From Raja brachyura (taxonomy: Eukaryota): a stretch of 64,000 nt of DNA. The stretch is taken from assembly GCA_963514005.1 (NCBI GenBank), contig OY740806.1:32054001-32118000 (forward strand), read 5' to 3'. Shown piece by piece: positions 13,212 through 64,000 of this stretch. The first letter of the stretch is position 1. The number at the start of each line of letters is the position of its first letter. The position numbers and the translations under genes are program-made. The notes under the pieces are model-generated. The model was not told the DNA's origin, did no database searches, and saw only the letters and a list, made by a program, of their open reading frames with translations.

Positions 13212-14099
13212 TAGATAGTTAACTTCACGCTTGTGAAATTTATGTGGGAAAAAAATAAACAGAAAAGAGAAAAGAAGCAGTAAATGTCTTGTCTTGTCTT
13301 CTCTAGACTGAGAACAGGAATCTCAGAGCTCAGCACTGCCACACTCTTCATCTACAAGGCCTCTCTCTGATGTGTTGCATTGTGCGGAGCTGCAATAGTC
13401 ATGGCCAGCTCCTTAAAATAATCCCCCGGCATTTACTTCACTTCACTAAATCGCTGCACTTCAACCCAGAACTCCCCCTCCCTGAACTTCTACACCATCT
13501 CACACCCATGAACCCTGACACTCAAATCCAATTCCTTTCACTGATTTCCCTGACCTTCGATTCCAATTCCTTTCCCTCATTTGCAAACTCCTTTCCTATT
13601 CCATGTATGTCAGAGAAAATGCCGTGCATATTCAAATACTCAAGAGCACAACACTGCTGCACTCTGAGATATCTGTTCACATGTCCTTGGATTGGAAAGG
13701 AGGTGGCAAAGGAGGTAGCTGTTTTGTTGCCAACCCAATCAATGAGGTGGCGTTACACAAATCTTATTGCCCCACTATATTATATTGAATGAACCATTTC
13801 TCTATAGTATAATGTGGGCCTCAACTGTTAAATACCGATTGTAGTAAAATGGCTTAACATAGAAAATAGAAAAATGCCCCATAGGAACACGGCTTGTAAC
13901 ATGGGATTCAAGGGGAAAAGGGGAAAATTATAGAAAGTTGCGATACAGAGGTTTTCTAGGAATGCAACTCCTCTGTAACGGGGGGATGAGGGGAGTGGGA
14001 TTGCGGTTGCCTGCAGGTACTGGTAGAAATCAACAGTAGCACAAGATATTTTTTTGACAGTCTATTAAAAATATTTCAGTTATATAAATGTGAGTTGGG

Positions 14100-15050
14100 A
14101 GCTTGGAACCATTTTTCCCAGACCTTAACTTTAAGACATTGCTAGCATTATGGCAATGCAATATGCCCACCACATTGAATTTATTGTAAGAAAATTGAAA
14201 TGCCTTTGAAGTGAAATAGCCTTGCAGTAAAAATGTGGGATCCTGGTGAAACAACACCAGAAAGAGGATCCCTTAGAGGGTTTGCAACAAAGGTTATTCA
14301 TGAGAAAATGTTCCTATTGAATAAAAAAACTTGATTATCTCAGGAGTTCAGAAGAATGAGAAGTGACCCAAATGAAAAATGTAAAATTCCCCAAATGCTT
14401 TATCAGGCATATATTGACAGCGCCGTTTAACCTGGTTGTAGAATTAAAAAATACTCTCAGGATAAGGAACCGATCAGTTAGAAAAGAAATGTGAAGACAC
14501 CTCTTCACAAATGTTTCTGCCCCAGACGGTTATGGATGCTGAGTTGATGATTATATTTAAGACTACGATTAAGAAATTATAGAATATGGGGATAATTGCA
14601 TTAATAAAGTTCAGCTACAATCTCATTGGATGCAGCACGTAGTTGCCTTTGGCCGCAAATGAGTGAAGGGGAGGGGAACGAGTTGTGTAAGGTATAATAT
14701 GAAGACACATGTTTAATTACTATAAAATGATAGTGCACGTAAATGTAGGTTGATGCACAAGCATTCTTTTCCTTTAAGAAGTTATAAGAGGATGGCCATT
14801 TAAAATAGGTGTGTGTGAATTTCTTCTCGCAGTGGATGGTGAATCTCTGAAATGTTCTACCCCAGTGAAATGTGGTGGCAAGATTATTGAAAGTATTTAA
14901 AGAGGAGATAGATGTTTTTGTGAAAGATGGGGGAATTGTGGGCTATGGGTAATTGGCAGTGAAGGAGTTGCGATCTGGGGCCAATCACCATGATCGGATT
15001 GAAGAGTTCGACAGACTTGAGGGGCCTATTGCATATCCTGCTCCTTTGTT
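14100..15050 (+). mobile_element. Two adjacent decayed CR1-type LINE 3' fragments
   Basis: caggagttcagaagaatgagaagtgac... and ttcttctcgcagtggatggtgaatctctgaaat..., both ending in CR1-like 3' UTRs. Confidence 0.6.
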
Positions 15051-15899
15051 CTTTGATCTCAATTTTCTTTGTAGCGATGAACATATTTCCTCCATTGACT
15101 ATTTCTTTGCATAATTTCATTTAATAAGGAAATTCAGTATACAAAACAAAGTTGTTTTATATGCAGGTTTGAATGCATTTTACATGACTGTAGAATACAA
15201 CAGTTTATTATATTCAGTTTGCAGCATTTGATATTGTGTGTTCAGGTAAATCTATTTGCTTTATTGCAGTTAGTTGATTATCAATGGTGCACACTACAGG
15301 ATAACAAAGTGCAAGGTCTACTGAGAATGTAGAAGCTGGGTAGCAACTGAAAAATTGTTTACTTGGACACCTACAGTTCTTTTGGCAAAATCAATACATT
15401 GATCAGCTTGCTATTAACTCCGTGGCTGTCGAGAAAGAGCATGTGTTTGTTGTGTAGTTTAAGTTTATGTAACGTGACCAATTCCAGTAAAATTCCCCCC
15501 ACATTGAAAACTCTGGACATAATTGATTTAATATTTAATCTTGCTGTTCAGTTGAAATGAACCACTCATTGAATATTATTTCATATCTAGGATGTTTAAC
15601 ATATTTGCAGAGAATTTAAATATATTTATCCAGAATTTCCATTGCTGGAAGGAAAAATGAAATACCTCTGTAATAATTAATTAGATTTCATGATCCTGAA
15701 ATGCTTTTGAGAATATTACATTTCCAAAAAAAAAGAATTATTTTTAACTGGTTCCCTGATTTTTTTTTATGCCTTCAAAATCGGAATTTCTAATAAAATA
15801 ATCCTTTGGTGTTACATATGATGTCTTTAATTTGTATTTGATAATGTGACTTTTAAATTGTGCATTTTTCATATTTTTAGGTTCGTATTTCTTTACAAT

Positions 15900-16220
15900 A
15901 GCCGAAAGCCATTCAACCTATCAAGTCTATTTTAGCTCACTGGGTAATCCTATTCCACACTTCCGTCCCAGTAACTTTGATTGTCTCAAACATCTATACT
16001 GTCTCAAATACTGGCCATTTCCTGACACTTGATTTCTCCCCTGCCATTCACCTGGAGCTGGGATAATTACAGTAGCTAATCGACCTACCTCCAACACTTG
16101 TTTGGAATGTGGGAGTCTCCAAGGGAAATCCACTTGGTCAAAGGGAGAATGTGCAAACTCCACACAAATGGCACAGGAGTTCAGGATTGAAGTTGGTCAC
16201 TAGAGCTCTGAAGTAGTTTG
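15900..16220 (-). mobile_element. V-SINE/CR1-tail remnant
   Basis: gggagaatgtgcaaactccacac is the reverse complement of the V-SINE core. Confidence 0.6.
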
Positions 16221-18229
16221 TCATTCATTTGGTTCAGTTAGTGAAGAGTAGAATGAAATTCAAAATTAAACTCCTTTATTCTAAAAATTTGTTTGTAGTT
16301 GAAGCAATATTATGCAGAGATCATTGAAATTTAACCCACTCAATGCACTTCAGAAGCACAGCGTCTACTGTTAATTACCAATATTGTGAATAAACTACTG
16401 TTCAATCACTTTTTTGGTGCTTAATAGAATAGTCATGATGTTGCTGGAGTAAATTAGGGAGAAAACATAGTAGTACCTAACACAGGTAGCAAGAGGTGCC
16501 TTTGCACATGAAGGTATATTATTATTGGAAATAAATATTATTATTATTGTTTTCCTAATTTAGTTGTTCTTTGTTATAGAAACCAAAAGTTAATGCATTT
16601 GACTGGTATTGACTGAAAATACCTAATTTTGCCCAATAATAATAATAACCCACTGAACTGAATCAAAGTTGAAAATCAACAATTTTCATATCTTGCCTTT
16701 AATTTCATTGATGTTTTGACCTTGTGATATTGTGTTTTTTTTCCTTTTTTTTTCCCATTTAAAGTGAAATTTTAAAGAGAATCCCTTGTAATATTAGTGC
16801 TGTGAGTTGTCCTGTGCCATGTTGGAAGAAAAGTGCATATTTTCATAATTTCAGGATGCCTATTGAAACCTATTCTGCGACAACGTATTGTAACGGTTAT
16901 GTGTTGAGCTTACACAGTTTATGTTGCAAATTGCAATCATAATTTGTATAGGAAAGGAGGAAGCCGGAGAGGGTAAACAGAGAAAATGAAAGATTAAGAA
17001 AATAATTTGAAGAATCATACTTAATAAATGGATGAGAATGGATTAAATAAGGGGGAGGAGAATTTCAACAAGTTTTACTTTCTCATTTGATTTCTATAAA
17101 CTACACGGAGGCTTGATTATCACCTCTCTCCCTCAGTTCACCATTTTCAGTCACCACCACTCCATATTTCCCAATTTCTATTGATTGGACATCTTTGTTG
17201 ATGTATTACTGCCAGTTAATATTTAAATACAACATTATGAAATGCTTTAAATATTCAAAGCACAGACTGCTGTGTGTGTTAAATTATAATGACGGACCTA
17301 GTAATTACTGACATGGAAAATAAAATATGTCTGATTAATTTTCCTTTTTCCTTTCAATGAATAAAGAGAGCAATTTAAGTTGAAATATGAGTTTTAAATT
17401 ATCGTTTAAGGTTGCTTAATTAATAGAATGGACATAAAGTAAGAATACACTGTTGCATTGTAGCCACCCTTTGGGTTTGTCATATATCCTGAAACCATCT
17501 TTTGTCTCATGAGAACCTGCATGATTTCAGTGCCTGAAACTATATTTGAGTGTACCAGAGTATGAATCTGCAACTGTTTAACATTACTTAATAAGATACA
17601 GCTTACAAGTGACATAAGCATATAAGCATATCATAAAAGAAGAGACCACAAATTAAGTAAATATCACAGAATAGTTACAGCACATAAAGCTATTTGGTTC
17701 ATCAGGACTGGGTCAATTCTATGCAGGAAAAATCCAGCTAGTCTCAGTGCAGTGCCTTCTCCCCATAACTCAGCAACTTTTGAGTAGTTTTCCATTTCTC
17801 TGTCAAAAGCCGTCATTGAATCGGCCTCAACTATCCCCCCTGGTGTACATTTCAGATTCTATCCACTTGTTGCATTATGTTCTTCATTTTGCTTTAGCCA
17901 AACACCTCCATTTATTGTCCTCAACTCTTCTGATGATGTTTCAATAAGAACTACCCATCTTCTCCACTTCAAACTGAAAATCAGGAAAAATGAGTTGAGT
18001 TCCAGGCTTTTCATTATCACAGAATAAATCACTGCCTCAATGGTTCTTTGAAATTAGGTTTATTTTGGATTGGTGGTAGAACAATACATGTACTGTAATT
18101 ATCGCGCTCAATGTAGTTGAAATGTCACCAAGTTCTTAACACTTTTGTAATCCACTGCTGTTGATGTTGTCTTTTTTGGAGTTTTCTGTGTGGGACTCTT
18201 TCTGATGATCTCAGGTTTGATTTCTGGTG

Positions 18230-18433
18230 GTAAAAAGGAACTGCAGATGCTGGTTTATACCAAAGATAGACACAAAATGCTTGAGTAACTCAGCGTGTCA
18301 GGCAACATTTCTGGAGAAAATTGATAGGAGACATTTCGGGTTCGAACCCTTCTGCAGACTCGAAGACACCTATCCATTTCCTCCAAGGGGTGCTGCCTGG
18401 CCCGCCAAGTTACTGCTGCATTTTGTGTTTATC
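18230..18433. mobile_element. Penelope-derived fold-back micro-element with 14-bp TSD
   Basis: Inverted arms; flanked by tttgatttctggtg (18216-18229) and tttgatttttggtg (18434-18447). Confidence 0.8.
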
Positions 18434-18539
18434 TTTGATTTTTGGTGATTTTTATTGTGGCATTAACAATATTTTATATGTCCGAGCAATTTCTATCATA
18501 GTCTTTTGACAGTTCTATCTGAATTTGATTGAGGAGTTT

Positions 18540-19015
18540 CTCTATGAATAAGTGGTTTGGACTTTGCAGCATGAATGGGATGACGACTGCCATTTTAAAC
18601 CTCAAACATGTAACATTCACAATCACTTTGATGCCTTCTGACAATGTTGTTCCAATCGTAAAATTGCTGCTCCAATTTTTGATTTTCAACTTTGAAGCCT
18701 ACAACCCAATGGTATTTTCCAATTTCAGGAAACCCACATCACCTGTTTTTTTTCCACTCCTACTTATTTCTTCCTTTTTTCCCCTTTTCCATCTCACTCC
18801 CCTCACTATCCAAGTCTGTTACTTTCCTCAGCCTAAATCTATCTGTTTAACATACCCATCCATCAACTACCGATCTCTCATCTCATTATACTGGCTGCCT
18901 TTCCTCTTCACTCTCAGTCCTGATGTCACTTGACCTGAATCGTTGACCATCCCTTTGCTTGATGAATTCTTGCAGCAGTCATTTTTTGCTTTAGCTTCCA
19001 GTATCAGCAGTCTCT
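18540..19015 (+). mobile_element. Highly decayed Penelope-like 3' fragment
   Basis: ttttgattttcaactttgaagcctacaacccaatgg (LIF..L.P.G motif), pyrimidine-rich UTR, decayed arm ctgatg...cctgaatcgttgacc and tail tccagtatcagcagt. Confidence 0.45.
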
Positions 19016-21389
19016 GTTAATCTTTCTTAATTGTAATTCAGTTCAATTGGAGCAAACTTTTTATTGCAGGATTTATTAAAAAAGTGAAAAATAATTCCAA
19101 TCTTTAATTTAGGTATATTCTTTCCATCTGAAAGTATCATGAGTATTTTATTGACTAATTTCCTCATAGTGAATTTGAATTTACATAGAACGGTTACATG
19201 TCATTTGCCATTTACTGTTTTAATAGAAACACTTGTTTTGATGTGTGACATTTGCTACATCTTAAGATATTTGGAGCAGTAATATATGTTTGATTGAGTG
19301 GTGGTTTGCTTGAGTGGTGACAAAAAACATTTGGCGACGACAGAACTAGTCAGTTGCTTAAAACCTTCCATGGAGGAAGGAGTATTTATGCTGTAGTGAG
19401 CTGTGACTATGAGTGGATAGATTGGATATGGATTCTATTCCCAATTGTGTGTCGTTCTTTGGTGATAGATAATCAAGTGTTGCAATAGAGCCGAGTACAA
19501 ATATCTGCATAGGCCCTTCAATTTTATCATGTAAATTATAGAATTTTATTATGAATATGAATCCATCAATATAGTGCATTACATAATTGTGCAGTTATGG
19601 AATTAAGTTCAATTAAGGAATGTAAATGTTTGCAATTGACATTTTTCCTGCTTGTCTGGTCTTTCTGATCAGTTCTTTACAGTAGTCTGTTGATACTGTC
19701 GGTGTGTGGGTGAGCATAGTTCAAACAAAAGCTGACAAATGGTTACCCATTTTCAACAAAGGCCCTCTGAACAGTTTATTGCAGCCAATATGATGTAGCA
19801 GAGGAAAATCTAGTATCCTTTAAACATCAGCATAATACCAAACCAAATAATTCACATGGAGATGGCTTACTTTGTTCAAAAGAGCACAGAACGGAGGGAC
19901 TTCTCACCTGCTGTTTTAGCTGCGTGGTTCCCCACTAATTATAATTATTTCATCTTTCACTGTCCTTTTAATAACCATTGACCAACAACAACATTCTATA
20001 TTTTCAGCTGCACAATCCAAATCTCTTTCATATCCATACCACTTAATTATATTGAAGAAAAAGGATACAGATTCAAAACAAAGGCCTGGAAATTCTCTCA
20101 TATAGTGCCAGTCTTTTAGAACAAAAAATATTTTTAGAAAGCGAATGTGAGCTTTATGCACTGGTTGCACACTCTGGAGGTTAGGTTCACGTCATTTATC
20201 CAAACAATACCAATGCACCAAAGCTGCTGGGCATGCACGTTGATGTCAAATAATGCACATTTTGGGGTAATTTGCAAGAAATCGTGCTGGGCAGATGAGG
20301 CTTGCAGTCCGTGACTTCACTCATATCGCAGGTGTTGAATAAGATTTGACATTTGCTTTTGACTTTTATTTAAATGGCCAAACATTTTATGGCCAGCTGA
20401 TTGGAAATGGCCAGCTGATGGGAGCCCATCTTGTATTTATCTTGTATTTTCTCAAGTATTATTTCCACCTCTTCCTGTGTTGCCAATACTTTTGGCCCTA
20501 ACCCATCTGATCATCTTCTCAGCTCCTTTGACGGTATCTTCCCATCAATCTTCTGATATCTCTCTGATCAACTTCCAGGATATAATATTTTTTCCACTCC
20601 CTAAATTTGACCATTTCTACAATAGGACAATTGTGTTATGACCTTCTCAATTCTTTCTCTACCTTCTAGGATGTCCTCTGTCTCTACCTCCACTATGCAG
20701 TGATTCTATTATTCCTCTCCACACAATCCCCTGCCCACCCGTTTCTGTCAATTTTTCTTTTTCAATGAATTCCCTTTATGATCTCTACCAATGTAATATA
20801 ATGTGCGTTTGTAGAGGAACAGTCTTTGTGCCCATTTCCTCAAAACAAGGCCTTTTTAGCTATGTGTATTGTCTTAGGGAGCCTCATGATAAAATACCTG
20901 GGGAGTAATAACTGAGAATATTGACTAAATAAGTAATATGTTCTATTCGAGACTTATCACTGCTTTTCCTCAACATTGTATTTGATTGCTATGTGTCACG
21001 CCATTTTTAGAACTGCCCATTATTGATTTTACTTGCTTTCATTGGTCTTCTGAATGGCTGCGCAAATCGGGATAGTGGTCATTAGTTATGGGGATCCAGG
21101 TGGTTGCCATCTAGTGTCCTCCCTCATCTGATGAATCAGTTCCCCAGTAGAACAACACTTGTAAGAAACATCGTAAGTAGTAGCGCAGAATATTCTCTGG
21201 ATAAGGGATTTTGGTGGCCATAATCACCAACGACTGAGTTGGCTTAATCCTGTAAATCATACATACAAGATCAGATCTGTGGCAATCTATAAAGTGAGGA
21301 GTAAATCTACTACTTGGTAAATATCCTTGATATTGTCCTGTCACCAGTGTAAGGTTGGAAAATGATAGCACAAGAAACAGTACTGCCTG

Positions 21390-21595
21390 CATATCCCTGT
21401 AGAGTTGCTCATCACTTAGAAATGTATTGCTGTTTCTTCACCGTTACTGGGTCTAAGTCTGTAACTTTCTACCCAACAAAACAGTGAATACTTTTACCAG
21501 CAGGACTTAAACAGTTCAAGTAGACTCGCCTCTACATTATCAAGTGCAGTTAACACTGGGCTACAAGCAAGAATAACATCCCATAAAATGAATGA
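21390..21595 (+). mobile_element. Old LINE 3' end (L2/CR1 group); related copy at ~43290-43505
   Basis: Both loci show a similar decayed motif series (ttagaaatgtattgctgtttcttcacc / ttggaaatatattgcctttattttatc). Confidence 0.45.
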
Positions 21596-21702
21596 AAAAT
21601 CTTTATTATTGCAAAATATCAGGAAGTTGCATAAGCATGTCTCTTTTTGTGACAATATTATCTAAAGATAACACAAGCTGTAACGACACGACTTAACACT
21701 AA

Positions 21703-62314
<40,612 letters not shown>

Positions 62315-62367
62315 GTAGGCAATTCAACAGCTGCTTAGAAAACATCAAGGAGGCAAGTGTAGGGTAA

Positions 62368-62571
62368 AGGGCCTGTCCCACTTGGGCATTATTTGCGCAT
62401 CATTTACACGTCACGACGCACGATGCATGGCATGCATTTACGCGCACATGGTGCGTGGTGAGACGCGGTGCCATAGGCAGTAGCGCGCGGCGCCCCAGGT
62501 TTTTGGGATTGTCAAAATCCTCACACGCCACCTGCGTGATGCGTAAATGACGCCCAAGTGGGACAGGCCCT
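62368..62571. mobile_element. PIF/Harbinger-type MITE (204 bp), 54 nt after the exon donor
   Basis: TAA|agggcctgtcccacttgggc...gcccaagtgggacaggccct|TAA; perfect 20-bp TIR. Confidence 0.9.
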
Positions 62572-62639
62572 TAAAGCTTACTCAAGGCTGTGAAGTAATT
62601 TAGTTGATCTTATTTATTACCAGTGATGGCATGGAATCA

Positions 62640-63100
62640 CAGAGAGTCATAGAGTCGTGCAGCACAGAAACGCGCCCTTTGGTCCACCACATCCACGCCG
62701 TCCTTTTTGGCTTCAACATTAATCTAATTTGCCTGTATTATGTCTTTCTTTGCCTTGCTTATTTAAGTGCCTGTCTCAATGCCTCTTAAACATAGCAATT
62801 ATATCTGATTTAACCAACTCTTCTAGCACCACATTCCTAATATCAACCACAGATTAAATCAACTTTCCCGCATATACCCTTTAAAATTCCTTCCTCGCAC
62901 CTTAAACCTATCCATTTTGTTTTTGAAACCCCTACAATGGCAAAAGGTTTTGAAAACCTACCCTATTTATTCATCTCATAATTGTATGTAGTTATATAGG
63001 GTCACCCCTCAGCCTCCTTTGCTCCAAGGAAAACAGGGCCAGCCTATCCAATCTTTCCCCACATCTAAAGTTCTCCAATTCAGGCAGCATCCTGTGGAAT
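62640..63100 (-). mobile_element. CR1 3' fragment
   Basis: RFHRMLPELENFRCGERLDRLALFSLEQRRLRGD on the minus strand. Confidence 0.8.
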
Positions 63101-63104
63101 CTCG

Positions 63105-63965
63105 AGATAAAGAGGCTGTAGATGCTAGAATCTGGAGCACAAAATAACTGCTGGAGGAACTCAGCAGACCAGGCAGCATCTGTGGAGAAGAAACAGTTGG
63201 TGTTTTGGGTCAAGACCCTGGATCAGGACAGCGAGTGTAAAGGGGGAGATGGCTAGAATGGAAATGTGAGGTGATAGTTGGAAGTGGATGTGGGAAGGGG
63301 AGGATGGAAGGTGATGGATGGAGACAAAACAGCTCACAGATTCTGGAATCTGATTAGGGAGTGATGATGGGCATGGAACCAGTGAGGGAGGGGAAAGAAA
63401 TGTAATAATGGAGGGCTGGGAGGTGTAGTTTGGAAAGAAGAAAACGTGGGTGGGTCAGAAAGAGAAAGAAATCAACATGGATTGTGCGGGTTAGCAAAAA
63501 TTGAAAAATTCAATGTTCATTCCATTAAGTTGTAAATTAGCCAGTAGGAAAATGAGGTATTGTTCATCTAGTTTGCCGTGGAGAGGTCAGACTGTTGTTG
63601 TTAGAATGGAGAGTTGAAATGGAATGCAGGTGCTCAGCAAGGCAATCATCTAGTCTACGTTTGGTCTCGCTGATTAACTGAAGGACACATTGCAAGCACA
63701 AACTGTAAAAGACCAGGTAGGAAGAGGTGCATGTGATTCTCTGCCTCACCTGGAAGGGCTGTGGTTGGTTGATGCTCGTGGAGGAGGTGTAAGAGTAGGT
63801 GTTACACCTCCTGTGGTTGCAGGGGAAAGTGCCAAGAGATGAAGAGGGATGGGTGCGGAGTGATTGGGGAACAAGTGAATCACAAGGAGAATGATCCCTG
63901 TGAAAATCAGAAAGCGATGGTTGACAAGCAGAGTTCCTCCAACAGTTTGATTTTGATTTTTGCGC
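63105..63965 (-). mobile_element. Penelope-like element fragment (GIY-YIG) with terminal arm and short inverted arm
   Basis: ORF 63564..63989(-): GTFPCNHRRCNT...FQVRQRITCTSSYLVFYSLCLQCVLQLISETKRRLDDCLAEHLHSI. Arm at 63105-63230; inverted piece gagttcctccaacagttt at ~63932. Confidence 0.82.
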
Positions 63966-64000
63966 CTGATAAATTTTCTCTGCACACAATACTTCAATTG

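Noticed and set aside
20180-20420. Possible conserved non-coding enhancer (also ~11150-11560 and ~3100-3400)
   Set aside because: Looks like unique sequence, but conservation cannot be judged without alignments.

Overview
Eukaryotic, AT-rich, intron-dominated window. The repeat families (HE1-like V-SINEs, HER1-like CR1 LINEs, Deu-domain SINEs) point to a cartilaginous fish, probably a skate or ray. It holds 12 consecutive + strand coding exons of salt-inducible kinase 3 (SIK3; about mammalian exons 5-16). They total 1505 nt, all have AG/GT boundaries and join in one frame: kinase C-lobe, UBA domain and the three PKA/14-3-3 sites, including the 52-codon 'Sleepy' exon. The introns carry CR1, Rex1/Babar-like and L2-like LINE remnants, V-SINEs, two Tc1 IR/DR transposon relics, four PIF/Harbinger MITEs, a probable non-autonomous Helitron and many Penelope-like (GIY-YIG) remnants. 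The strongest non-coding signal is a family of very short (86-340 bp) Penelope-derived insertions built on a minimal hammerhead-ribozyme core (CUGAAGA-stem II-GAAAC-GUC). They are often fold-back hairpins and are repeatedly flanked by ~14-16 bp target-site duplications. Almost all ORF-track entries are intronic or TE-derived. Exon and TSD coordinates were read base by base; boundaries of old TEs are approximate; comparisons to mammalian SIK3 and TE consensus sequences are from memory, not from a search.
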